DNA of 64,000 bases. It comes from Thermoanaerobaculia bacterium. GTDB lineage: Bacteria > Acidobacteriota > Thermoanaerobaculia > UBA5066. A program made the position numbers and the translations under genes. Location of the stretch: the NCBI GenBank assembly GCA_963816185.1, contig CAWFJJ010000025.1:288001-352000 (forward strand), in the 5' to 3' direction. Of the stretch, positions 19,195 to 28,827 are shown in pieces (positions within the stretch are counted from its first letter, which is position 1; every line of letters begins with the position of its first letter). Below the pieces are notes generated by a model. That model was not told where the DNA came from and did no database searches. It saw only the letters and a list, made by a program, of their open reading frames with translations.

Positions 19195-21468
19195 ATGCAC
19201 CGATTTCAGCGATCGCTTGGCGCGCTTCTCTCGCTTCTCGTGGCCCTTATGCCCGCACGTCCGGCATTCGCAGCGGAAGCGCCCGCCGCGGCGAGCCTCC
19301 TCGGCTTCGACGCGGCAGGCACGGGTGCGGAGCGTGCGCTCGAGGCGGTGTTCGATTCCGCTCTGGGCCCGGCGGAGCAGCGCGCCTGGATGAAGCGCCT
19401 CGCGGCGCGCCCGCACCACGTGGGCTCGCCGTACGACAAGGAGAACACCGAGTTCCTCGCGTCGCTCTTCCGGTCGTTCGGCTTCGACACGCGGGTCGAG
19501 GAGTTCCTGGTCCTCTTCCCGGTGCCGAAGACGCGCCTCCTGGAGATGGTCACGCCGTCGGCGTTCACGGCCTCTCTGGCCGAGCCGGCGCTTGCCGCTG
19601 ACGCGACGTCGGGGCAGAAGAGCGAGCAGCTTCCCGTCTACAACGCCTATTCCATCGACGGCGACGTGACGGCCGAGGTCGTCTACGTGAATTACGGCGT
19701 GCCGAAGGACTACGAGGAGCTCGAGATGCGCGGTGTGGACGTGAAGGGCAAGATCGTCCTCGCGCGCTACGGCGGCTCGTGGCGCGGAATCAAGCCGAAG
19801 GTCGCGGCCGAGCACGGCGCCTTGGGCTGCCTCATTTATTCCGACCCTCGCGACGACGGCTACTTCGCGGGCGACGTGTACCCGAAAGGCGCATTCCGAA
19901 ACGAGTACGGCGCGCAGCGAGGCTCGGTCGCGGACATGCCGGTCTACCCGGGCGACCCGCTGACGCCCGGCGTGGGCGCGACGAAAGACGCCAAGCGCCT
20001 CGACCGAAAGGACGCGCCGACGCTCACGAAGATTCCCGTCCTGCCGATCTCGTACGCGGACGCGCTGCCGTTCCTCAAAGCGCTTGGAGGCCCCGTCGCG
20101 CCGGAGGCCTGGCGCGGGGCGCTGCCCGTGACGTATCACCTGGGGCCCGGCCCCGCGAAGGCGCACCTGAAGCTCGAGTTCGACTGGCGGATGGAGCCGG
20201 TGCGAGACGTTCTCGCGGTGCTGAAGGGCTCGGAGCTTCCGGACGAATGGATCCTGCGCGGCAACCACTACGACGCGTGGGTGAACGGCGCTCAGGACCC
20301 GATCAGCGGGCTCGTGGCTGAGCTTTCCGAGGCGAAGGCGCTCGGGGTGCTCGTGAAGTCCGGCTGGAAGCCGAAGCGCACGATCGTGTACGCGGCGTGG
20401 GACGGCGAGGAGCCGGGTCTGATCGGCTCGACGGAATGGGTCGAGACGCATGCCGAGGAGCTCTCGAAAAAGGCGGTCGCGTATCTCAACACCGACAGCA
20501 ACGGCCGCGGGTTCCTTTCCGCAGGCGGCTCGCACAGCCTCGAGCGGTTCATGGGCGAGGTCGCATGCGACGTCGCCGACCCCGAAACAAAGGTGAGCAT
20601 CGCGGAGCGGCAGCGCGCGCGCCGGCTCGTTCGGGGTTCGCCCGAGGCCAGGAAGGACGCGAAGGAGCACCCGGGCTTGAAGCTCGAGGCGCTGGGCTCG
20701 GGATCGGACTACTCGCCCTTCCTTCAGCATCTCGGCATCGCGGCCCTCGACCTCGGCTTCAGGGGGGAGTCGCCGGGCGGCTCGTACCACTCGATCTACG
20801 ACTCCTACGACCACTTCTCGCGCTTCATCGATCCGGATTACGCGTACGGCATCGCGCTCTCGAAGACCGCGGGCCGCGTCGTCCTGCGCCTCGCGAACGC
20901 CGGCACCCTGCCATTCACGTTCGATCCCCTCGCCGACACCGTCGCGCGGTACGCGAAGGAAGTCGTGACGCTCGCCGACGAGCTCCGCGAGAAAACCGAC
21001 GACGAAAACCGGAACATCGCCGAGAGGCGCTGGGAGCTCGCGGCCGACCCGAAGGAGACCTTCGTAGCGCCTAAGCCGAAGGCCCCCGTGCCGTTCCTCA
21101 ACTTCGCGCCGCTCCAGAACGCGGTGGCCGCGCTGAAGAAAAGCGCGGCCGCGTACGCGAGCGCCGAGAAGGAGTGCAAGACGCAGCCGGCGGGGAGGGC
21201 GCGGGCCACCCTCGACGAGGCGCTCTACACGACCGAGCGCGCGCTCACGCGCAAGGAGGGCCTCCCTCTCCGGCCCTGGTACGTCCATCAGCTCTACGCG
21301 CCGGGCTTCTACACCGGCTACGGCGTCAAGACGCTTCCCGGAGTTCGCGAGGCCCTCGAAGAGCGCCGTTTCGACGAAGCGCAGAAGCAGATCTCCTCCG
21401 CCGCCGAGGCGATCGAGGCCTGTGCGGCGCGCATCGACACGGCGGCGGGCGCGATGGCGGGGCGCTGA
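19195..21468 (+). CDS. M28 glutamate carboxypeptidase II / transferrin-receptor-like peptidase
   Basis: PA domain (YVNYG..DY, GDPLTPG), GNHYDAW, WDGEE.GLIGSTEW, GSDY, YHSIYD; signal peptide; GGAGG RBS. Confidence 0.93.
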   Translation: MHRFQRSLGALLSLLVALMPARPAFAAEAPAAASLLGFDAAGTGAERALEAVFDSALGPAEQRAWMKRLAARPHHVGSPYDKENTEFLASLFRSFGFDTRVEEFLVLFPVPKTRLLEMVTPSAFTASLAEPALAADATSGQKSEQLPVYNAYSIDGDVTAEVVYVNYGVPKDYEELEMRGVDVKGKIVLARYGGSWRGIKPKVAAEHGALGCLIYSDPRDDGYFAGDVYPKGAFRNEYGAQRGSVADMPVYPGDPLTPGVGATKDAKRLDRKDAPTLTKIPVLPISYADALPFLKALGGPVAPEAWRGALPVTYHLGPGPAKAHLKLEFDWRMEPVRDVLAVLKGSELPDEWILRGNHYDAWVNGAQDPISGLVAELSEAKALGVLVKSGWKPKRTIVYAAWDGEEPGLIGSTEWVETHAEELSKKAVAYLNTDSNGRGFLSAGGSHSLERFMGEVACDVADPETKVSIAERQRARRLVRGSPEARKDAKEHPGLKLEALGSGSDYSPFLQHLGIAALDLGFRGESPGGSYHSIYDSYDHFSRFIDPDYAYGIALSKTAGRVVLRLANAGTLPFTFDPLADTVARYAKEVVTLADELREKTDDENRNIAERRWELAADPKETFVAPKPKAPVPFLNFAPLQNAVAALKKSAAAYASAEKECKTQPAGRARATLDEALYTTERALTRKEGLPLRPWYVHQLYAPGFYTGYGVKTLPGVREALEERRFDEAQKQISSAAEAIEACAARIDTAAGAMAGR

Positions 21469-21475
21469 TCCGCTC

Positions 21476-21925
21476 GTGGCCCGACGCATCGAGCCCAGCC
21501 GGAAGTCTCCCGCGGAGCGGCTGGACGACCTTCTCGCGGGGCACCGCGACGCGCCGTTCCCGGAGGGTGCGGCGAAATACCTCGAACGCGCGCTTTCTTC
21601 CAGCGACTCGATGCCGAACGCGGTGAAGTTCTTCGGCTGGGCGTTGCTCGTGCCCGCGTCCGCCGCGCTCGGTTCACCCGAAGGTGAGGACCGCGCTCTC
21701 GAAGCGCTCGCCGAGGCCGAACGCTACCTTCCCGTGGCGCAGGGCGAGCTGGGCGCGCTCTTCGCCCGCGAGTGCGCCGGGCTGACCTGGCTCGAGACGG
21801 GGATATCGCTCCTCACGGATCGCGCGGCCTTCGACGAGGCCCTGCGGCTGTGCGACTTGGCACTTTCCCTCGGCTGCGGCCGCGCGTACGAGGCAAAGAA
21901 GAATTCGCTCCTGCGGATGGTGTAA
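21476..21925 (+). CDS. Hypothetical helical (TPR-like) protein
   Basis: Co-oriented ORF 7 nt after M28 stop; helical Ala/Leu/Glu-rich composition. Confidence 0.6.
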   Translation: MARRIEPSRKSPAERLDDLLAGHRDAPFPEGAAKYLERALSSSDSMPNAVKFFGWALLVPASAALGSPEGEDRALEALAEAERYLPVAQGELGALFARECAGLTWLETGISLLTDRAAFDEALRLCDLALSLGCGRAYEAKKNSLLRMV

Positions 21926-21978
21926 GAGCGCGGGGTGAAGAGCGGGCGTGCTAGAATCGAGCTGATCACGGCGAAAGC

Positions 21979-23988
21979 ATGAACCGTTGGGTGGTTGCCG
22001 GGCTCGTTACTCTCGCAGCAATTTGCCCTTCCGAAACGACCTTGGCGAGCGGATCATCGTGGTCGGGCAATGGTCCGTTCGGTGGGTTCGTCACTACAAT
22101 CGCTGCGGCTCCGACAAATCCTCTGGTCGTCTTCGCGGGCACCTCGGCGGGCGTCTACAAGTCTGTTGATGGAGCGCATTCATGGATTGGCCCTGACGCG
22201 GGGCTTCCTTTGGCACGGGTGTCGGCACTCGCGGTCGACCCTTCCAATGCCGGAATAGTCTTCGCGGCAGTAGGCGACCTTTATCGCTCTACGGACGGTG
22301 GAGCAACCTGGATTACGGTCTATACCCGCGGTCTCGACGGCGAACCCACGGCAGTAACAGTCGACTTCCGCGACGGCAATCGCGTTTACGCGGGCACGGG
22401 CGATGGGTATTTCCTCAGGAGTGTCGACGGCGGCGAATCGTGGACGACTCGTTACACAGGCACGCCTTACGTCAACGCCATAACGGTAAGCCCGACCTCC
22501 GGTTCGATACTTCTCTGTGGGGGCGGGGTCTATCGAAGCGACGACGATGGCAACTCATGGGCCGTGCTCACCGACAGATACGACTCGTATAGCATGACTG
22601 TCCTACCGACGACGCCCGAGACAATTTTGCTTGGCGACGCCGGCGGAAGTGGAATCCAGAAGAGCACGGACGGTGGCAAGACCTGGAGAATCTCGAGCAA
22701 TGGCCTGCCCTTCAAACCTATCGGCTTCTGCGCCAGCTGTACTCTGCCTGTCACCGCCCTTGGGGTCGATCCCGACTCCAGTCATCTCTTTGCCGGCCTG
22801 TATGGCGGGGGTGTCTTCACGTCGTCGGACGGCGGTGACAACTGGACGCCTTGGCCGAGCGGCGTTCCGCCCGATGCCGGCGTTTTGAGTTTCGCTTTTT
22901 CCCAACAATTCACACTGGTCGGCACTGCGGATGCTGGTGTGTACACGATCCGAGGCCGCATCGCCTCGCCGTCAAACGAGGGCATGAAAGCCTCGAATGT
23001 ATACGGCATCGCAGTGACTCCGTCGTCAGTTGTGTTTGCGGCGAGCGGCGGTGGGATCTCTCGGAGCAGCGATCGTGGCAGATCCTGGACGACCGCCACA
23101 AGCCCAGGCCCGGGAACTGTTATCCCAGGTATTTGGGCTGATCCAAGTGACGATGGGCTTTTGTTCGCGGCCTCGGAATACGGCGGCCTGCTTCGAAGCG
23201 AGGACGACGGCCTATCATGGACTTTGGTGGTCGAAGATGGACAGTTCTTCCAGGTCCCATGTGTTGCATTCGATCCCAACAAGCCGAATCGAATATTCGC
23301 CGGCACCGCGCCCTTGCCCTTGTCACACGAGCCGTTGAAGATCCTCGAAAGTGACGACTACGGGGCGACATGGGTCATCGTCGTGGCCAGTTCGTCGACC
23401 GGATCAGTACTCTGGCTCGGCTTCGATCCACTCGAAAATTCGACCGTCTTCGCGCGGGCCGAATGGGGCCTTCTTCGGTCGACCGATAGCGGCAAGACGT
23501 GGGCTTCTCTCGACTATACCTCCTGGGATGTCGCTTGCTGGGCTCCTCAGGCCGTGGTCTTGAATCCCTGGGGCGAGCACGCCATCTACACTGCAGTCGT
23601 CGGCGGACGCGTCATCTGCCGGAGTGCCGATTCTGGTCTTACCTTCCAACCGATACTTTACGATACGAATCACCGCCAACTCACCTCTCTTCTGGCTGAC
23701 CCTCTCCGACCTGGGACGTTCTATGCCGCGTCCACCTACGTTCCAGGTAGCGGGGTAGAGAACGCAGTTCTTGTCAGTTTGGATCACGGGGGCACCTGGT
23801 CCGAGATCCGGTCGGGCTTTCCCGGAACGGAGGTCTTGTCAATGGCCCTGGATGCCTCCAGCTCGACGCTGTTCGCCGGCACCGCCGGGACCGGGGCTAT
23901 CTCGATGACGTTGTCCGCCGGACATGAGAAGGTCACGCTCGCGCCCAATCTCCCCCCACCGGTGAAACGAAGAGCACCACAAAACTAG
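21979..23988 (+). CDS. Secreted BNR/Asp-box beta-propeller protein (YCF48/VPS10-like)
   Basis: More than ten S.D.G.(T/S)W repeats; signal peptide; visibly lower GC than neighbours. Confidence 0.88.
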   Translation: MNRWVVAGLVTLAAICPSETTLASGSSWSGNGPFGGFVTTIAAAPTNPLVVFAGTSAGVYKSVDGAHSWIGPDAGLPLARVSALAVDPSNAGIVFAAVGDLYRSTDGGATWITVYTRGLDGEPTAVTVDFRDGNRVYAGTGDGYFLRSVDGGESWTTRYTGTPYVNAITVSPTSGSILLCGGGVYRSDDDGNSWAVLTDRYDSYSMTVLPTTPETILLGDAGGSGIQKSTDGGKTWRISSNGLPFKPIGFCASCTLPVTALGVDPDSSHLFAGLYGGGVFTSSDGGDNWTPWPSGVPPDAGVLSFAFSQQFTLVGTADAGVYTIRGRIASPSNEGMKASNVYGIAVTPSSVVFAASGGGISRSSDRGRSWTTATSPGPGTVIPGIWADPSDDGLLFAASEYGGLLRSEDDGLSWTLVVEDGQFFQVPCVAFDPNKPNRIFAGTAPLPLSHEPLKILESDDYGATWVIVVASSSTGSVLWLGFDPLENSTVFARAEWGLLRSTDSGKTWASLDYTSWDVACWAPQAVVLNPWGEHAIYTAVVGGRVICRSADSGLTFQPILYDTNHRQLTSLLADPLRPGTFYAASTYVPGSGVENAVLVSLDHGGTWSEIRSGFPGTEVLSMALDASSSTLFAGTAGTGAISMTLSAGHEKVTLAPNLPPPVKRRAPQN

Positions 23989-24015
23989 TCAGGTGTCGGG
24001 AGCGTGTCCTCGGAA

Positions 24016-26049
24016 CTACTCCCACCACCCGTTGACGTCCACGATGAGGTGGACCGAGCCGGATGACAGGTCGTTCGTGAAAGCCACGCCGCCTGTCCCG
24101 TCCCGCGCGAGGAGCAGCATCGAGTTGTTCGCGCGAGTCCGGCCCGCGCTGAAGCTCAGAGTGTTCGTGCCGGGCGCCTGAGCGAGGTCCGCTGGGAACG
24201 CGACGAGGCTGCCCGCGGCCGTCGGGCCTGTGATCGTCACGTTCGCCGAGACGGACTTCGCGGTCGGCGGGATGCCGCACGTCCCCGTGAGGACGAAGTC
24301 GCGCCGGACTCCGGCGACGAGCGCCGGGCCTCCGAGCAGCCCGTTCGCGTTCCGCGTGTCGAGGATGCGGCATGGCACCGTCGTGTGGAACGACGTGCCG
24401 GAAGGGGGTGGGGCGGCAGCAAGAGACGCTACAACGAGCGTCGCCGAGCGGGCCGGAAGAGCGAGCGTCAGCGTCCCGCCGGACGGTGACGCGCTTCCGG
24501 CTGCCGAGAGCCGCGAGGCGCCGGAAAAGCGCCACAGGGAGGCCGTGCCGGGGAGGCCGCCCGCGACGGTCGCCGCGACCGTCTGCGTCGCGATGTCCTT
24601 GTTGAAGAGGAGGAGATAAAGCGTATTTCCGCCCGCGCCGCCACGAACTGCGTACGCGCCGACCAGGTCCACGTTCGCGCTCGTGGCGCGCACGCTGTCG
24701 CCGCTCACCTGCGCTCCGGCGCCGTCGTAGTTGCGGTAGAGGAGGAAGGCGTCCTCGGTCTTCGTGTTGTCGGCGGGCGCGACCCACCGCGTGGCGAGAT
24801 CGACGCCCTCGCGTCCGAAGATCGCGAGAGCCTCGGCCTGCGCGAGAGCGCCGCTGATCCCGTCGTCGGAGCCCCAGTTGTACTCGCTGATCGCGAGCTT
24901 CGTGCCGGGGTAGTGCGCCGCGATCCACGCCTTCATCCGCGGGATCAAATACACGGCCTGGCCGACGTCCGTGCCGATCCACGATTCGTCGAGATACGTC
25001 GGGTCGTAGAGGCTCTTGAGCGTCCGGAGCCGGAGCGCCGACGTCGCCGTCGACTCGTCGTTCGTGAGCGCGACGCCGCCCGCCTGCGGGTAGTAGTGGA
25101 CGTCGAGGGTGTCGAGGAGGCGCGTCCCGTGCGCGGTCTCCCACGCCTTCGCCTGGTCGAGGTACCACGGGAGGAAGTCTTCGCCGCCGTGCGCGGTGCG
25201 GTCCGGGCCGGGTCCGCAGCCGTCCGCGCCGGAAAAGAAGTACGCGCACCATCCCCAGACCGCCGGGCCGAGGATCTTCGCGCCGGCGTCCTGGGCCTTG
25301 ATCGCGGCGCCGACCGCGGCGGTCTTCGACCACAGCTCGTCGTAGGTCGTTCCGGCCGGGTGGACGTCGTGGTGCGTCGAGTTCCAGAGCATCGGCTCGT
25401 TGTCGAGGGCCCAGAGCCGCACGCCGCCGGCCGCCGCGGTGCCGACACGGCCGGCGATGTGCGCCATCCAGCGCGTCACGAACGTCGCGTCGATTGTCTT
25501 CGACGTGTCCGCCGGATCGTTCCCCGTCACGTACGAGCCGTCCGGCTTCACGCCGTTGCCGGCGTCGGGGTTGCACCAGCTCGCGTTCCCCGTGGCCGAG
25601 CACTCGGTCTGCTGCTGCGCGCCGTACTTCGACACCGAGAATCCCCAGCGGCGGACGCGGTCGATCGGCGTCCAGCCGATGAGCGGTACGGTGATCAGCG
25701 CCTGGCCGGAGGCGGCGCGGATCTCGTCCACGAAGACGTCGGCCGCCGAGCCGTTCGGGAGGTTCGCGGGGTTCGCGCTCCCGGCGTAGTTCGTGAAGAA
25801 CCAGTCGCTCGCGCTGTTGTTCGTGTCGGTCTCCCAGTTGTACCGGGTCGTCGCGTTGCCGCCCCAGCGGCGCACGGGGACCTTCAGGCGCGACATCTGT
25901 GCGGCCGTTCCGTAGTTCATTCCATAAATTTGCGGGCTGACGGCGTGACGGTCTGCGTTCGGATCGACACTCACCGCAATGGTCGCGGCCCCGGACGGTG
26001 CGGCCGAGAGAAACATCGCCGCGACGACGAGAAGAACGCGGGTCTGCAT
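24016..26049 (-). CDS. Glycoside hydrolase family 44 with C-terminal PCR..DTR beta domain
   Basis: RWGGNATTRYNW, LDNEP.LW.STH.DVHP, LAISEYNWG; signal peptide. Confidence 0.88.
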   Translation of the reverse strand: MQTRVLLVVAAMFLSAAPSGAATIAVSVDPNADRHAVSPQIYGMNYGTAAQMSRLKVPVRRWGGNATTRYNWETDTNNSASDWFFTNYAGSANPANLPNGSAADVFVDEIRAASGQALITVPLIGWTPIDRVRRWGFSVSKYGAQQQTECSATGNASWCNPDAGNGVKPDGSYVTGNDPADTSKTIDATFVTRWMAHIAGRVGTAAAGGVRLWALDNEPMLWNSTHHDVHPAGTTYDELWSKTAAVGAAIKAQDAGAKILGPAVWGWCAYFFSGADGCGPGPDRTAHGGEDFLPWYLDQAKAWETAHGTRLLDTLDVHYYPQAGGVALTNDESTATSALRLRTLKSLYDPTYLDESWIGTDVGQAVYLIPRMKAWIAAHYPGTKLAISEYNWGSDDGISGALAQAEALAIFGREGVDLATRWVAPADNTKTEDAFLLYRNYDGAGAQVSGDSVRATSANVDLVGAYAVRGGAGGNTLYLLLFNKDIATQTVAATVAGGLPGTASLWRFSGASRLSAAGSASPSGGTLTLALPARSATLVVASLAAAPPPSGTSFHTTVPCRILDTRNANGLLGGPALVAGVRRDFVLTGTCGIPPTAKSVSANVTITGPTAAGSLVAFPADLAQAPGTNTLSFSAGRTRANNSMLLLARDGTGGVAFTNDLSSGSVHLIVDVNGWWE

Positions 26050-26076
26050 ACTCGTAGTGTCGGAGCCTCTCACGGG

Positions 26077-28789
26077 TCAGGACTTTCGCGCCGGCCGGCA
26101 GAAGACGAGGGACGTGTCGCGCGCGTAGAGCACGGGCACGGCCCAGTCCATGGGCTCGGCTCCTCTTGCGTACGAGACGGCGACGCGCGCTTCGCGAGCG
26201 GCCGCGCCCAGGCTGTGGCCTTTCGCGAGCGCCCAATAGAGATGTCGGGCGAACGCCGTGGCGGACGTGTCGAGCACCTTGTACTGGTTCGCGAGCACGG
26301 CCGGGATGCCCCCCGCGGCGAGAGCGGGCGCGACGCCGCGCAGGAACTCCGTCCGTCCTCCGCGCCCCGTCTCGCACGCGTTCAGGACGACGAGCTTCAA
26401 CGCGCGTCCGGCGAGGAGGCGAAGAACGCGATCCGTGTCGACGGCAATGGAACGCCCGCGCGTGTCCACGAGGAAGAGGGAGCCCGTCTTTTCCTTTTCG
26501 TCGAAGGTCCCGTGCCCCACGAAGTGGAGGACGTCGACGCGGCCCGCCGAGAGGCGCCGGTGGAGGCCCGCGGGCGAGGTGGACGCGAGGACCTCGAGAC
26601 GGACGAGGCCAGCCTTCACGAGCGGCTGGAGAGCGGCCCGAATGGCTGACGCCTCCTGCCGCGCCGCCACGGGCGCGGTGTCGTGCGGCTCGGCGAGGGC
26701 GACGAGGACGTGGAGCGGCCCGCGGCCCGGCGGAGGCGCGGTGGAGGGCGGCGCCCCGAAGACGCCGCGGACGAGGACGGCGTCGTCCGCGAGGAAGCGC
26801 CTCCGGGAGGAATCCCAGGCGAGCTCCCACGGCTTGTCGGCGATCCAGTCGAGACCCGGCGTGAAGACGACCTCGAGCGCGCCCTTCGCGGCCGTGCGCG
26901 CCTCGTCCCAGAGGCGCCGCACGGCTCCCGGGAAGAGCGTCTCGAAGAGGACGGCGCCATATTCGCGGAGCTCCTTCGCGGCGGGAAGGGGCTCGCCCCC
27001 GCCGCCGTCGAGGGCCGCGAGGACGCGCTCGTGCATCGCGATGATGACGCGCATGCGCTCTCCCGCGGCGCCGCCCTTCGTCTCGAACGGCTCGACGACG
27101 CGCGCTCCTCCGAAAGTCGCGAGAAGGTGCGTGGGCTCGCCTCCGCGGCCGCCCACGAGCACGAGCTCGAAACGGCGCGCGGCGCGCGGCGCGCGAGCGG
27201 AAGCGGAAGAAGAAGAGGGAGATTTTGCTGAAGAGGAAGAGGACGACGCGCTTCGCGCGGAATATTTCTTCTGATATGCGGCGGCCGCTTTGCGGCCGCC
27301 GATAGTAGAAAATCTTCTCCCCGGATGTCCGGTGTCAAGGGTCTTCAACCGCTGCGCGGCGCGCGAAGCGCGCCCTTGACTCCGGACATCCGGGGAAGAC
27401 GTGCTCTTCTTCTCTCTCTTTCCTTCTAAGAAATTCCTAATTCCCTCTCTCGTCTCCTTCTGGGCAAACAAGTTCAAATGGTGAACGATCGCGCCCGCGC
27501 CGGCGTTGCCGCCCGGCCCGAACCGAATGACGTCTTGCTCGGGCACCGGAGGGGCCGCGCCGAGGCGCGCGCCGCCCTCGGTGGGAACCACGAGGTCGTT
27601 CGGATCCTCGAAGAAGACTCCCGCGGCGGCGTCGAGGAGCCTGCGGGCCGCGCTGCCGCGCGGCTCGTAGCGCGCGACGGCGGCGGCGACGTCGTACGGC
27701 CGCGCCACGCCCGCGTTCAGCTTCTCCAGGAATCCACCGGCAGGATCCATCGCGGCGATTCCCGGCAGCGTGCCGCCGGCGCGGGAGGCCATCCACACGA
27801 GCGCCTCCGCCGCGAAGTCGAGCGAGAAGGCGAGAGAGCCCCCGGGGAACATCTCGCCGAGATTGGCGAGCCATGCGGCGAGCCGGTCCCAGCGCGCGGG
27901 CGAGGCGAGAGGAGTGCCCTCGTTCGGCGACGCGACGAGGAACACGCGGCTCACCCGTGGGAGCTCCCGGCGAGGAGGCGAGAAGGCGCGCGACGAGGCC
28001 GCCGCGCGAATGCGTCACGACGTCGAGTGAGGAGCCAGGAGAGAAGCCAAGAGACGAGTCGCGAAGGGCCTCGAGCATGGCCTTCACGTTCTCGCCCGGC
28101 GAGCGCCCCACGGTCAGGTGGTTGAACGCGAAGACACGCCCTTCATAGAGCTTCGAGAGAGCGTCGAACGCGCCGTCCTGCGCCAGGTCGGAGAACGCCG
28201 CGGAAGCGTGCGAGAACGTGCCGTGGAGAAAGAGGAGGTTCCTCGCCTGTGTCCGCGGCAGAGAGGACTTTGCGACGCGTGACGCGACGAGCTTCCCCGC
28301 AGAGACCGTGAGGCGCACGAGACCGAGCGGAACGTGGGCTTCTTCGAAACGCTTCTTCTCCCAGGCGCGCGCGAGCGCCGGCAGCAGGGCGCCGGCCACC
28401 GCTCCGGCGACCCGCAGGAAGAAGACGCGGACGACGGCGCCGGGACCGCGGCGGGCGGTCGGCTGAGGCGCGAGGCGCACCTCGAATCGATGAGACCCTC
28501 CTTCGATCGCGCTCGGGGCGTGAAACGTCAGTGCGCCCGACGTGTGGCGGGCCACGAGGACCCAACCCTCGGACCCAGGGGCTTCGACCCGGGCGTCGAG
28601 AGAACCGGGTCCGGCCCGCGCGCCGCGGAGCGGCCGTGCGGAGCGAACGCCTTCGAGCACGAGCTGTCCGTCCTCGAGGACGCGCGCGAGAAACGGGTCT
28701 GCCTCGGCCGCCCGCGCGCGTGCTCCCGCCGCGGGGGAGAGGACTTCCCAGCCGGGGCTCGCCGTGACGCGGATGCGCGGAGGCGGCAT
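26077..28789 (-). CDS. Alpha/beta-hydrolase (lipase-like) + CHAT protease fusion (frameshift ~27970)
   Basis: FLHGTFS, THSRGG, ASPNEGTPLA, NDLVVPT, HH in the N-half; PWE, LHFVGHG, LNACE in the C-half. Confidence 0.82.
27247..27395. repeat. Compound palindromic (REP/MITE-like) element inside CDS linker
   Basis: 23-bp inverted repeat 27319-27341 / 27373-27395 (22/23 match), 10-bp hairpin 27279-27301, GCGAAGC-type minihairpins 27247-27259 and 27358-27374. Confidence 0.75.
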
Positions 28790-28827
28790 GTCTTCGAGTC
28801 TAGCCGTGCGTCACGAAAGGAGCCGTC

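Noticed and set aside
17287-21468. 1393 aa ORF
   Set aside because: Only 19195-21468 is protein-like; the upstream part is an alternative frame of the M56 gene
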